From: the human T2T-CHM13v2.0 reference genome, Homo sapiens
Direction: 5' to 3' (one strand)
Length of the DNA stretch: 64,000 nucleotides
NCBI RefSeq assembly: GCF_009914755.1
Contig: NC_060929.1
The position numbers were made by a program, and so were the translations under genes. Below the pieces are notes generated by a model. That model was not told the DNA's origin, did no database searches, and saw only the letters and a program-made list of their open reading frames with translations. Positions within the stretch are counted from its first letter, which is position 1, and each line of letters opens with the position of its first letter. Shown piece by piece: positions 39,051 through 52,567 of the stretch.

Positions 39051-40837
39051 CTGTGAAGGTTATTTTCTCGGTGATATGTTTTAATTTCTTGCTTTTTATT
39101 TTATTTTATTTCTGTGTTTCTATTGCATGTTTTTGGTTTGTGGTTACCATGAAACTTGCAAATATTATTTTATAACCCATTATTTTAAGCTAACACTTAA
39201 CAGTGTTTGCGTAAGCAACAAACAGAAGGGCAGAAAGACTAATACAAATTCTATGCCTTAACTTAATATCATCACTTCATAACTTTTTATTGCTTCTATG
39301 TATATATTATTATACTGTCCAAATCTTGAAAAGTCACTGTAGTTATTATTTTTATTGGTTCATCTTTTAATCTTTCTATTTAGAATAAGAGTTTACACAT
39401 AACAGTTACAAAATACTAGGAAACCAAATTCAGTCATACATTAGAAAGATCATTCATCATGACCAAGTGGGACTTATCCCTGGGATGCAAGGAGGGTTTA
39501 ACATATGTGAATCAATCAATGTGATATATCAATCAACAGAATGAAGGCTAAAAATCCTATGATTGTTTCAATTGATGCTGAAAAGGCATTGATAGAATTT
39601 AGCATCTTTTCATGATAAAAAACCCTCAAAAAACTGGGGATAGAAGGAATATACCGCAACATAAAAAGCCATATATGACAAACCCACAGCTAGTATTAAA
39701 ATGAATGGGGAAAAACTGAAAGCCTTTTCTCTAAGCTTTGGAACATGACAAGGACGCCCACTTCCACCACTGTCATTCAACATAGTACTGTATATCCTAA
39801 CTAGAACAATCACACAAAAGCAAAAAATAAAGGGCATCAAAATTGGAAAGGAAGAAGTCAAACTATACTTGTTTTCAGATGATATGATCTTATATTTGGA
39901 AACACCTAAAGACTCCAAAAGAAAACTATTAGGACTGATAAATTTAGTAAAGTTGCAGGATAAAAAAATCAACATAAAAATCAGTAACATGTCTATATCC
40001 CAACAGTGAATATTCTGAAAAATAATATTTTAAAATTCCATTTACTATGTGCACAAATAAAAGTAAATACAAAGAATTGACCACAGAAGTGAAAGATGTT
40101 TATAATGGAAACTATAAAACATTCATGAAAGAAATTGAAGACGGCACCAAGATATGAAAAATAAACATTTCATTTTCATGTATTGGAGGAATTAATATTG
40201 TTAAAATGTTCATACTACCCAAAGCAATCTACAAATTGAATACAATTCCTATTAAAAAACCAATGATATTCTTCACTGAAATATAATAAAACAATTCTAA
40301 AATTCATACAGAACCACAAAAGCCCAGGAATAGCAAAGCTATCCTAAGAAAAAAGAAAAAGAAAAAGAAAAAAAAAAAAACGGGAGGAATCACGTTATCT
40401 GACTTCACATTATACTACAGAGCTAGAACAACCAAAACAGCAGAGTACTGGCATAAAAACAGACACACAGACCAATGGAACAAAATATAGAACCCAGAAA
40501 CAAAGCCACACACCTCTGGAGAACTCTTTTTCAACAAAGGTGCGAAGAACACACACTGGGGAAAAGACGGTCTCTTCAATAAATGGTGCTGAGAAAACTG
40601 GATAGTCATATGCAGAAGAATGAAACTAGAACTCTATCTCTTACCATATACAAAAATCAAAGCAAAATGATTAAAGACTTACATCTAAGACTTCGAACTA
40701 TTGAACTACTACACAAAAAGTTTGGGGAAAATCTCCAGGACATTGGTCTGGGCAAAAATTCATTGAGCAAAACCACACAAGAACAGGCAACCAAAGCAAA
40801 TACGGGCAAATGGGATCACACCAAGTTACAAAGCTTC

Positions 40838-41381
40838 CCATACTTACCCCACTTATTATATATACATCACTGATTATTTGGGTTAAACTGGACTCATTTC
40901 AGGCAGTTTGCCTTTGTTCAAATACGTGATGAGAAACTTAATACTCTAATTTGATTTGAGCCATAAAACACATTTTAATATTAGCTTGTATTATATTTAT
41001 TAAGCTTGTTTTTGTGGAAAAAAACCTTACTAAAACCTGGATAAGTCTAGAGTAAGCCAGTTTAGGTGTATTTTGTATTTAGTGGTGGATTGTATCGTAA
41101 AAATAGAGATAAGTTGGGAAGATATATTGATTATGCTGTCCTGTTGAGGAAAAGGTCAGTGTATTTGGAAATTTAAATTTTGGTTATTGTGTTCATATCA
41201 TAGTATACAAGCATCATTTAAAGTTTGACTTTGAGAACTTTTCTGGTATTAAGTTTATGGAAAATGTATAAAAGAAATGGAAGTTTTGATTATATTTTTA
41301 TATTTGTAAAGTAAAAATTTGGTTAAAATGGTCACTGTTCTTTATTTTATTGTCATTTCAATAAAAATATTTGGAAAAGAA
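40838..41381 (+). pseudogene. 5'-truncated processed retrocopy of an mRNA 3'UTR (parent not identified)
   Basis: Non-L1 U-rich sequence interrupting L1 ORF2 at caagtt|acaaagcttc...tgca; AATAAA 41360-41365, decayed A tail, imperfect TSD acaaagcttc / aaaaatcttc. Confidence 0.78.
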
Positions 41382-44300
41382 AAAAATCTTCTGCATAACT
41401 AAGGATACAATAAACAAAGTGAAGAGACAGCCCACAGAATGGGAAAAAAATATTTGCAACCTAGCCATCTGACAAAAGATTAATAACCAGAATATACAAG
41501 GAGCTCAATGAACTGTGTTGGAAAAAAATTCTAATAATCTGATCAAAAAGTGGGCAAAATATTTGAACAGACATTTCTCAAAAGAAGACAAACAAATGGC
41601 AAACAAGTGCATAAAATGTACTTAACATCATTGATCATCAGACAAATGCAAATTAAAACTACAGTGAGACTTCCTCTCACCCCAGGTAAAATGGTTTATA
41701 TCCAAAAGATAGAGAATAACAAATGCTGTCAAGGATATGGAGAAAAGGGAACCCTCATACACTGTTGGTATGAATGTAAATTAGTACAACCACTATGCAG
41801 AACAATTTGGAGGTTCTTCAAAAAACTAGAAATTAAGCTACCATATGATCCAGCAATCCCACAGTTGGGTATATAACCCACAAAAAGAAAATCAGTATAC
41901 TGAAGAGATATCTGCACATGCATGTTGCAGCACTGCTCATAATACATAGGCTTTGGAAGCAACCTAAGTATCTATCAACAGATGATGAAGAAAATGTGGT
42001 ACATATACATAATAGAATGCTATTTAGCCATAAAATAATTAGATTCTGTTATCTTCAACAGCATATGCATTCTATGAATTGTTCACTTCTATGCATTTTG
42101 TTAGCAAGTCAGGCAGAATGTAGATAGGCAAATATCATAAACATGTATTTTCACCTTTTTTCTTTAAGAGATTCTTATGCAATTATCTCCTCCATCTGTA
42201 AGAGAGTTTGAGGAAATGACTACTATTAAATAGGCCTATGGCTAACACAAATAAGGAAGATGAAGAGAAAGGACATTGACTAGGCAGTTAGGGTAATTTC
42301 CTTCTTTGTATCAACATTTCTGATGTTTCTTTTGTAAGCAACAATGGTCATTCATAAAGAGTTGAAATTGAGAAAATAATAATAATTTAGTCATTTTTAG
42401 GGAATCTTCAAAGACATATCATAATTATTTATTTCTTATACAACTTGTATGTTATCTAAATGCATGTATTTTAATAAAATTACATGATTCTCCTATTCAT
42501 ATATCTACTATTACCACTAAATTCTTGGTGAAGTTGAATGTCTTTAATGTCTTTGATACTATCACAGCATGCTGTTTTTATAAATAAAGCCAGATAATTA
42601 AGAGAGTTGGGGGATTTCCAAGGTAGCTGGCTTGAATATACAGAAAGCTCACACAGTTTCTCGAAATGATCAAGCATTTGAAACTGTTTCTCAGCCAAGA
42701 TGCAAACAAAGGGTGATAATTAATGGCCATTTAATTTTTCATATCACATTTTACAGAATATACTTAGTGACAGAATATGGGAACATGTGTTTGGCCTGAA
42801 GATATGTGTTCCCATAATGAAATTTATTAATATTTTTTCTTTACCTAATTTGTAATTTATGGTATGTATATAACTTGTATCTTAATTTTGGGGTCACTGT
42901 TAAACATTACTGTTCTAATAAATAAAATCTGGTTTAATTAATGGTCTCAAGTTTGTGGAGAATTCCACAAAATCAATTTCCTTGGTAGATTTTGGAAACA
43001 GATCGAGCACAGAACGTATTGAGAGTTAGGGGCTTTTTTTTTTTTCTTTTGGTGATGTATGTATCAGATCTTTCCATGGGTATAATAATTTCATTTTTAC
43101 AGCTATGCTGCCTACTTTTTAAATCCCTGATTATTCTTAATAACTCTTTAGTGCTACTTAATGACCTGACACTACCCTGATAAACATGTCTATGAAATTT
43201 ACAGTAGAAAATGTATAGTAAATAGGAATTTTTCTATAAAATATAACTTCCAGTAGTAAAGGCTGAATTCTAGTCACTTTTTCTTGTCTATTTTCAATTA
43301 AAACTGTTAAATTTTAAATGAATAATATAATTCTGTGATTGAAAAAAATATAAATGGGAATCCCTGGAGCCACATGGCACAAAGTATTACTTAATGATTA
43401 AGTTATTTTCTCAGGAAAAGAACATTTTGCAAGCTATCCTTTTTTATTGTTTTCTTTTTCAGAGGAAGGAGTACAGAGTGAAAGTATAGCAGGCTTTCAA
43501 ATTCATGTAATTCTACAAAAATTTTAATAAGTCACAATATGAATAACAGTAAATATGTGAATCAGAAGAAGATTTTTATAGTTGTGTTCATTATCTATAG
43601 TTATTTAAAACTTCGACAGAAAAGAGCTACTATGTATATTTGAAAGTTTGCAATTAATTTTCTGAAAAGGGATGACTTTTATTGTAGAGTGTTAAACAGG
43701 ATTGCCCAAAGCTTTCTGTATATACCATTTTATTGTCATCATCTAATGCAAGTTTTGGCCTATTATACTGTATTGCCTACCAGAAGAGGTAAGTGATTAT
43801 GACTTATGAGAACCAAAAAACTTAGTTTAAACATCTGTTGATAGTCTAGTTTTAGTAGTCCTATTAAAAAATATTACTCATAGTTTTAAAACCTGTGGAC
43901 ACTTAGGGTCTGATTTTGTTTGTTTCACCAGGCACTAAAACTACCAGATCAAGTAAGTTATGTATCATCAAAACCAATTCATCCATATTCTCCAGATTAG
44001 ATTTAATGAGTAAGTTGGAAGTCCACCAAAAGATATGATGTTTTAGTCACATTTTTAGTGTGAATGTCAGAAAATTGGCTCTAAATTTAAAGATTATTTC
44101 TGGATTTTTATATAAGGAAAGAGTATATAAACTCCATCCCAAGAGGAAATCCTCTCAAATTAATTAGCATATCCATATGGGTTTAGTTTGGTCTTAACAT
44201 TTGACTTTTTGTATTTGTGGAATTAGTTTTAAACATGCATAGCATAAAATCCTACAACTTGGGATTTTGAAACATTAGTATTTGTATGTAATATCTGGCA

Positions 44301-44608
44301 GAGAAAAAATGTCTGTGTTAAAAGATAGAATAAACTTCATAAATTGTAAGAAAATTCCTCCTCACCCCAACATTGAATCCATAATAAAGAAAACTGTATT
44401 TACTAATGGAATACTGTGAGTTATTTTTCAAGTATTTTTTATCTGTCAATTATTATATCCACTTTTCAGTCATGGGTTAGTTATATAACCGATCCCCTAG
44501 GGCAAAATGTCTTCTTTTTTTGCTATTTCCAAATAAACATATTCTTGTTAAGATTTCTAAATGCCCAAAAGCATTTTTATAGTTCCATCACTTGAAAACA
44601 GAATATTT

Positions 44609-44715
44609 TGGGTTGATGGGTGCTGCAAACCACCATGGCATGTGTATACCTATGTAACAAAACTGCATGTTCTGCACATGTATCCCAGAACTTAAAGTTA
44701 AAACAAAAACAAACC
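44609..44715 (+). mobile_element. Very short L1PA 3' end
   Basis: gggtgctgcaaaccaccatggcatgtgtatacctatgtaacaaaactgcatgttctgcacatgtatcccagaacttaaag; TSD cagaatattt at 44599-44608 and 44716-44725. Confidence 0.93.
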
Positions 44716-46734
44716 CAGAATATTTCTGCGGTTGAGTTATTTTGATTTTGGTTTGTTGGCTTATAAAGGCTAGAATCTGACATCATCTTTCTTCATTTAG
44801 AGATTGATAGGTCATAGCTAGCTAGCTAAGCTAGATATATTAAAATAGATTTTAATTGAATGACATGCAATTTTCTTTGATATCAGAACATAAAGATTAT
44901 AATCAGTTTCTTAAAAACAGACACTGTTCAATCTTGCATGTTGTTCTGTCTAGATTACATAGTAAAGTGCCTGAAACACCATAGGCAGTAATTACATGTT
45001 GCATCGTGTAATAGCATTTTGAATTGGATTATTCTCTCGCTTCAGAAAGAGCCACTACGTATGTCAGGAGAAGCTGAGGTAAAAATAAATAAGGCACATA
45101 TAAACAAAAAATGGTTTTAAAATTCATCCTTCATTTCTTATACTTAATTTGTGAATTTGTACAGATTATTTTCATGTTGATTTGCATTTTGGTCATTTTT
45201 GTCAGAATGATGGAAAACAAATCGCCTATCTCTTACACAAAATGTCTCCCTCCGAGGGAAGAAAGAGAGCCCTTCAAAGGCTATTTGAATTTGTTTTAAC
45301 TGTTACTCGGTCTCAATAAGAAGTGAGTTGATTTAGTTCAAAAAGCTTGAAAGGTGTTAATTTTCTGTAATTATATTAAGGTCATTTTACCTTTTACCTC
45401 ATGATAGCTTTACCAAATTACACATTACATAGATATAATGTTGGAGATGCTGAAAGAAAAATATATAAAGTTGATTGATAGAGAAGCAGACTTCAATTAG
45501 GATAGCACTGGAATTACGAAATGTAGAAAAAGCAAAGAGCCAAAGAGTGTGAAGCAAAGAACTCATTGTTGATGCAGTTATGGTATTGCTGCAAATTACT
45601 GATGTCTGAAATATAATGAAACATATAGGTAGGAAGATTGGATATTTCTGAGTCAGAAAGACACACACTCAAATTGCATTCAATAAAAGTTATGTCAACC
45701 AAGACATTTAGTCCATACTGGAGAGACCAGAGATAAAATATCGAACACATGTCTAGTAATGTTTCTGTTCATTTGCAGTTACCAAAGTTATCCAGGAGTA
45801 TAAGTACATTTTTACAAATTCCTTGTTATTTTGAATTATATCTCTCTGATGGAATCTTTTCATAAAATATACCTTATACCTACCCATTTTTACCACACAA
45901 ATATGATAAATTATCATATTTTTTAAAATCAGGGGTTGAAATAATTTTACTAGTGAAAGAGTAAAATGTATGTTGAAGAAGGATCTAATTTAATAGCCTA
46001 AGGAAACTACAAAGAAAATAGGAACTCCTTTGTCTTCACTTCCACCACAAGTTCATTCACTGTTGCATGACCAGTAAATCAGAGGAGTCCCTAATTCCCC
46101 ATTTAATCAGAGATTCTAGAAAACAAACCTTGAAAAAAACAAAGCCCAATATCATAGAACTCTGATTTACTTTGCCTTGCAAAGAAAAAAAAAATGATTT
46201 TACATTTGGTATCATCCAATGGAGCCTTGGTCTGTGCTTATTTACAAGATATGCTCTGTATTTTCAATTTAGCCACTTAAAAGCAAAGAAACCTACAGAA
46301 AACCAGTCTTTCCTTTGGACTCACTAGAGGCAGAGTGCAAGTTCTGGGTGACTAATGCAGATAAGAAAGTCAACTCTTCATTTTATCTATGATGCCAATT
46401 TCAAAGAATTAGGGCTTGTGGGAATTCACAAATATTATTAAAAGAAGGTGAGTTTGCCCTGGGTTTACTTTATGGACAGAACCCCCAGGTTATATATATA
46501 TAAAGCAGTAATGTAGGTTGGAAGCAAACTATATCTTCTTTGTATCAATTGGACAGCTGAGGAATAAACATCGTAAATTATTTCCCATAGCTCACTTGAT
46601 ACAGGTGAGAATCTCTAATTCTCCTCCACAGGAAAAAAAATTATTACATTTCTACTTATTTTACCCTCTCCCAAAAAGATACATCAAAATTCTTTTATAA
46701 AGTTGAAATGTTTTTGCTTTTTGCTCACTCACTG

Positions 46735-47041
46735 CTAAATAACCTCCTAACTTATGATAGTCCAACTTACAATTTTTTTGACTTTACAATGGTTCAAAAA
46801 TACTTCAGTATGGTATTCAACAAATTACATGAGGTATTCAACACTTAAAGTTAATACAGGCTTTTTCTTAGATAATTTTTCCCAACTGTAAGCTAATTTA
46901 AGTACTCTGGGCACATTTAAGGTGGGTTAGACTAAACCATGATGATGTTTGGTCTATTAAAAGGCATTTTCATCTTATCATAATTTTAACTTACAATGGG
47001 TTTATTAGGATATAGTCTCTTCATAAAGACAGGAACATCTG
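46735..47041 (-). mobile_element. Tigger-family MITE (MER47-like)
   Basis: aacttacaatttttttgactttacaatggt...ttcaacaaattacatgaggtattcaacact...cttacaatgggtttattagga...aggaacatctg|ta. Confidence 0.75.
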
Positions 47042-48054
47042 TATATACTGAGGGCTCATTTATTTAAGTACACATTGCTGGTGTTGTTAAGTCCATGTTA
47101 AAGATTGGAAGTTGGAAAATGAGAAAATATGCTGACTAGCGGCACAGAAATTATTGTTCACCTTCCTGTCCTAGGAAAACTATTCTTCCACTAAAATTAT
47201 GTATTTCAGCCAAGTTAGCTCTTAAATATTGGAATATGAAGTGTTATTTGTTTTACAGAAATCTTTTGTTGGTAAATATATTGGATACCTTTCACAGAGT
47301 TCCTCAGATTCGTTTAGCTTTACCTGGCTTCACAATCGTCAGCTTTCTGTTCAACTCTGGCAGCTGCTGCAGTCAACCAATTGAGTACCCGAGACTGAAC
47401 AATCTCCAAAGCGGCCTTCCATCTCTAGCCACTTACAGACTCAGTGAAAGGATGTGTAGCAGGGCATGGTATTTGCTTCTAGTGAACTGCCAAATGGGCT
47501 CAGAACCATAGAGCGTTAACTCGCTTATGGGACAAACTTTAAATAATTTGGCATTGGGGATAAGAAGAAACGTGCAAATGAACAATCTTTTCTTTCCTCC
47601 GTATGTAGAGCTGCTTCAAGGCATGGTTTTCTCATATAGTCTGTCTTGACAAATTCTAATGGCCAAGAAGGTGGAAGAGCCAAGTAAAGCCCTTATCTTT
47701 CCAAGGCTCAGCATGAAATAGCCGTTAGCGCAGTAACACATTACCTTGTACTTCTCTTTTCAGCCTAGCCTGCCTCATGCCCTTTTCTCTTCTTTCTGCT
47801 TTACTGGGATTATACTTCACTAATCTAGTAGTATTTCTGATTCCTAATCCCAGCGTCTATTTTCTAGAGTAGTTCGTATAAAATAACATATAGACCCTGA
47901 ATCTGAGAAATCATGAAATCTGGGACTTCGTCTAAACGATCTGTGGGTATAAAACATTTGTATTATGTCATGGAAGGCTATGCCTGTCCTCAATAAAATG
48001 TTTCTTAGTTCTGCCATTTCTCATCACTAGGCTTGACTAATAAAATCAAGAATC

Positions 48055-49390
48055 GCATATTTATTCACCAAACATTTATTGAGCACCAGTGTGTCCCATT
48101 CAGAATGCCAGATATTGCGGCACAAATGTGGAGAAGATATGGCCCCCCAAATCCAATGTTATGCCTCATATATATAATCAAGTACAAAAACAAACAACGG
48201 CACCAATTTTTACCAAAGTTGTATTTTGTTTTTAATCAAATCGAGTCTTCATTTTAATGACTGAATGCGTATTATGAAATGTATACTTTGCTGAACTCAC
48301 CTTGAATTTGTTCAAACACATCTAAAATAGGTTAGAATATTTTTGTTTTTGGAAACTGAGGAGCTAGAGACTAAGAAATGTTATTACTTATCACAGGTCA
48401 CACTGATGAAAAGAAGCAACACATGCAAATCTCCGACCACAAACCCACCTTCTTTCTACAGCAGCTCCTTCTTTTTTACCCTACTTATGATGTTCTCACT
48501 TAGAACTTCCGCTAAACTGTCAATTCTTAGAACACTGCACTCCCTATGTTTCAGCTACAGATAAATACACCTCACTGTTCAAAATTGAAGCAGAATGCTG
48601 TAGTGCATAAGACCATACCTCATCTTGGACATTTCAAATATCTGAGATCAAATTCTGGCTATACAGTTTTGTCAAATCCCTAACTTTTATGGATTTCAGT
48701 TCATACAACTTTATAATTATAATGATATCTTTACTCACTCCCCAAATATTAACTGACTCCCTCCTACCCCCCAGTATGTTTCCTGACACTGGGAATGCAG
48801 AATGAACAGAGCGTAACACGTTCCTGACCTCACGAAGCTATATCAAAAGGGATAAATAAATAGATAACAGTAAACTAATAAAATGTTAATGTAATTTCAG
48901 TAAAGTTATTTGTTGTCAAAGATATACAAAAAAAGGAATAAAAAATGGTTTCCAAAAGTTTAATTGTGATGAGTAAGAGTGTAGCATTGCCATTCATGAA
49001 GGTAGATAATCAAGAGGAGAAAACGGGTTTCAGGAAGGACAACTGATACTTTCTATTTTGTACGTGTTAGATATGAAGTACCTTTCTCCCATTCCTTTCA
49101 GTGGTTGCTTCTCCCCACTGCCTGAGTCAGCCGAGATTGCACTAATGCTGGGAATAACTTCCTTGATTTGTAAGTACTTTCTTTTTTCCCCCCTGTACAT
49201 TCTCGTAGCACCCTCTAATTTGTCTTTCATAGCATTTCCAAATTTTAGTGTGATTATGTTTTTCATATCTGCATTTCCTAGCAAATTGAGATTCTATTGG
49301 AGGTTGGTGGGGGGCTACTCACATCTATATTATTAACATATTTATAACTGTGACAGCACTTAGTAGACATTTAAAAATATTTAATAAAGT
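48055..49390. mobile_element. Cluster of L2/MIR relics
   Basis: attcaccaaacatttattgagcacc (48063), ggaaactgaggagctagagactaag (48351), ttcctgacctcacgaagct (48820), cagcacttagtagacatttaaaaatattt (49354). Confidence 0.6.
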
Positions 49391-50047
49391 CCAAGTGACG
49401 TTCGCCATTAGAATTCTTATAGTCAATTCGTGATCATCACAAATACCTTGGTCCATTTTTGCAGTGGCCCTCAGCTCAGTTCCAGAGTTGTTTAGTTACA
49501 TTTAGAGTAAATCTTGATTATCCAATTCTGATCCTTAACATACTTTTGTGAAAATTACTTCTAAGTTGAGTTATGTGATCTGCAACAAACAGCTATCACA
49601 GTGTTTTAGCACAAGAGATGGATTCAACAAGTATTAATTGAATGAAAAAAGAAGCAAAGCAGTATGTACCTGCCTTAAACTTCCATTGGTAAGATACAGC
49701 GTACCTCATATTTTCTTTGTCCCTTCCAAACAAATCAGTATTCCTACCCCTAAGTGATTCATATAATATATCATCTTAACATCAGCTACTGGTTTAACAA
49801 TTCTTTCCATAGGCTCAAAATTCAGATGATCCACTGAGGTCAAGAGACTTGCATTTTCTAGCTATGAATATACAACTTCTAAAACTTGTGCAGTGTTAAT
49901 GTCAAACCAAGGACCACAGAACTCTAGAGATTCATGCATACAATCTGGAATTTAAAACTTTTTATGTGATTTTGAATGTTTATATTTCCATTTTAATAAT
50001 TTCTAAAATTAGCATTGGATTTTTTTCTGGAATTAAAAAAGAGCACT

Positions 50048-50410
50048 GGGACAGTGCAGTGGCTCATGCCTGTAATTCCAGCACTTTGGGAAGCCAAGGT
50101 GGGAGAATCACTTGAGTTCAGGAGTTTGAGACAAGCCTGGGCAACACAGTGAGACCCTGTCTCTATACAAAAAAAAAAAAAAAAAAAAAAAAGAGACCCT
50201 GTCTCTGAAAAAAAATTAAAAATTAGCTAGGCACGGTAATATGTGCCTGTGGTCCTAGCTACTCAGGAGGCTGAGGTGGGAGGATGGTTTGAGCCTGGGA
50301 GTTCAAGGCTGCAATGAGCCATGATCGTCAGGCCACCACACTTCAGCCTGAGCCACAGAGGAGACCCTGTCTCCAAAAAAAAAAAAAAAAAGAAAGAAAG
50401 AAAAAAAAAG
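50048..50410 (+). mobile_element. AluJ with internal poly(A) flanked by 14-bp direct repeat
   Basis: J diagnostics (ctgggcaacacagtgagaccctgtctct, ttcaaggctgcaatgagccatgatc). Confidence 0.93.
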
Positions 50411-50757
50411 GCGTTGACTCAAAAGTGCCCATTTGTGATTGCATCTTGCATTTGCAATCACTGTATCACCAGTAGCCTATGGTAATTGTAGAAAGACGAC
50501 AGAAAAATAACAGAAGATGGCAGACTTCATATACACCAATTGGCAAGTAAAGACTACTGAAGAAAGAGGTCACTGCTCAGGATCTGGGGTGGTGGACAGT
50601 AGCCTAAAATTATTTTTACTAAAAAGAATCTGTGCTTGTAAGCCATTTTTCTGAACAAAATCCTGATCCTTTATAAAGTTTTTGAGACTTGCAGTTCAGA
50701 GATAAGTAGTTTTTCAGCAATAGGTCTTAACATTGGTTGACCTTAGCAGAAGAAATA

Positions 50758-51089
50758 CTGTCATATGCCTCATAACAATGTTTTGGTCAACATCGAACTA
50801 CATATACGGTAGTGGTCCCATAAGATTATGTTATATTTTCACTGTACCTTTTCTATGTTCAGATACACAAATACTCACCATTGTGTTACAATTGTCTACA
50901 GTATTCAGTACAGTAACTTGCAGTACTGGTTTGTTGCCTAGGAGCAATATACTATTTCATATAACCTAGGTGTGTAGGAGGCCCTGGCATCCAGGTTTGT
51001 TTAAGTACATTTTATGTTCACACAATACCAAAATTGCCTAACGATGCATTTCTCAGAATGTTTCCCCATCCTTAAGTGAGGCATGGCTG
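50758..51089 (+). mobile_element. Tigger3a/MER7A DNA transposon MITE
   Basis: ta|ctgtcatatgcctcataacaatgttttggtcaac...cttaagtgaggcatggctg|ta; TIRs and TA TSD. Confidence 0.9.
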
Positions 51090-51479
51090 TATGTTTATTG
51101 GAGTGAGGCTGTTGCTGCTTGGCTGGCTTTCCTGAGTGTCTGTCACTTGTTGGCCAGCTTTCAGAGGTATGTGTGGGGAAAGCTGTCAGTGATTGGTTAG
51201 AATTAGTTTATTACCAGTGCTAAGGGTTAGTTGTTGCTATGAGAACTGAACAATCAGTCATTTACAATCTTGAATTGGAGCATAAAAGCATTTCTTTTTC
51301 TCATCAGCCCTATTTTTCCTCCTAGCATCAGGGATAGGTTGTCATTGTTGTTATCAACTCTCCTTTAAGTTGATGTCCCATTTGCGGTTGATTTTCAGAC
51401 TAAATGTTGATAAACAAACTTTTATTACATTATTATTATTATTACTATTATTATTAATTAGTTGTTGACTCTTCTGGCA

Positions 51480-52100
51480 GGGCAATGCCTACAGCCTTGA
51501 AGGCTTTGTACAAAAGATGTTTAAAAGCTGTGAGTTACCACAGTGATTCTTCACATTATAAGAAGAAACTGAAAAGTTCTTGGAACCAATGCTTCAAGAT
51601 TGCCCAGGCTTAACAATGAAGAAACACCCTAGTTCCTGCCTGAGGCTATTTTACGTAGCCAGGTTACTTCTGTTTCAGTTCAGATATGAGTTGATTGTTC
51701 CCCTCTTCTAGGGTATTAGTCCAGGAACCATAAGAAGTTCAGCAAGATTATCCTATAATTATTTAAGCTAAGGAATTTTAATCAGTTTTTGTGTCCCTAG
51801 AGAAGTAGGTGTAGTAATTACTCTCTCAAACAAAGAGAGTAATTTTTGAAGAATACCTGAGTTTCCCAAATCCTGTTAATGAGATATCTTTTTTTCTCAG
51901 AGTTTTGTCCCATCAGTTAACATGTATGCCTCCAGGATGTATTTAATCTTCCAAATTATTTGTAAAGAAACACGATCTTCTCAAGGAGTGTGAGATGCAT
52001 ACATTTTACGTAACTTAACTATTAACTCCATAGAATAAGTTCTCATGGCCTGGAATTGGCAGTGGTGAACAAAAGAGAAAGGAGCTCAGGAGGTATAAAA
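51480..52100 (-). mobile_element. Very degenerate ERV pol (RT) remnant
   Basis: Frameshifted minus-strand remnants in RT order resembling LTWT-L, ILQ..LL, WFL(G)LI; no intact YVDD seen. Confidence 0.35.
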
Positions 52101-52204
52101 AGTAAATGGAGCAATCAATGTATTTATTCTGGGTGCTATTGTAAGGACACAGTCACTATTACATTTAAACACACTGGTAGCCCCCTCTTCTAGAGCAAGG
52201 ACAT

Positions 52205-52567
52205 TGCCATGGTTTGAATGTGTCCTCTCAAAACATTAGATGTTGACAGAGTAATGATGTTGAGAGAGAGATGGGACCTTTGGGAATTGGTTGGGTCATG
52301 AAGGCTCCTCCCACTATGAATGGCATTAGAGCTTTTATGAAGTACGCTTCATGCGATGTTTGGTTGCCTTGCCCTTCTGCCTTCTCCCATGTGAGAACAC
52401 ATTATTCCCGCTTCTGGAGGATGCAGCCCTCACCAGACAGCTGAACCTGAAGCTGTCTTGATCTTAAACTTCCCAACCTCTAGAACTGTGAGAAAGTAAA
52501 CTCCTATTCTTAGTAAATTGCCCAGTTTGTGGTATTCTGTTGTAGCAGCACAAAGTAGACTAAGACT
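52205..52567 (+). mobile_element. MSTB-D MaLR solo LTR
   Basis: tgccatggtttgaatgtgtcc...ccctcaccagacag...cctctagaactgtgaga...gtagcagcacaaagtagactaagac. Confidence 0.88.

Larger units (their letters stand above)
34066..42066 (+). mobile_element. Near-full-length old L1 (L1MA1-4/L1PB-era) with inverted internal segment 37395-39410 and a retrocopy insert; 3'UTR missing
   Basis: 5' end ggaggcagagcaagatggtggaatagaaggctcc; ORF1 remnant 36178..36651; antisense ORF2 EN (ORF 38307..38564); sense RT from 39410; ORF2 end at ~42000. Confidence 0.9.

Noticed and set aside
43436-43500. Plus-strand polypyrimidine tract + AG (ttttattgttttctttttcag)
   Set aside because: No convincing downstream donor or coding frame; such acceptors are common by chance in T-rich DNA
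45899-45921. Perfect 11-bp-arm palindrome aaatatgataa-a-ttatcatattt
   Set aside because: Short and AT-only; plausible by chance in 64 kb of AT-rich DNA; no TE termini associated
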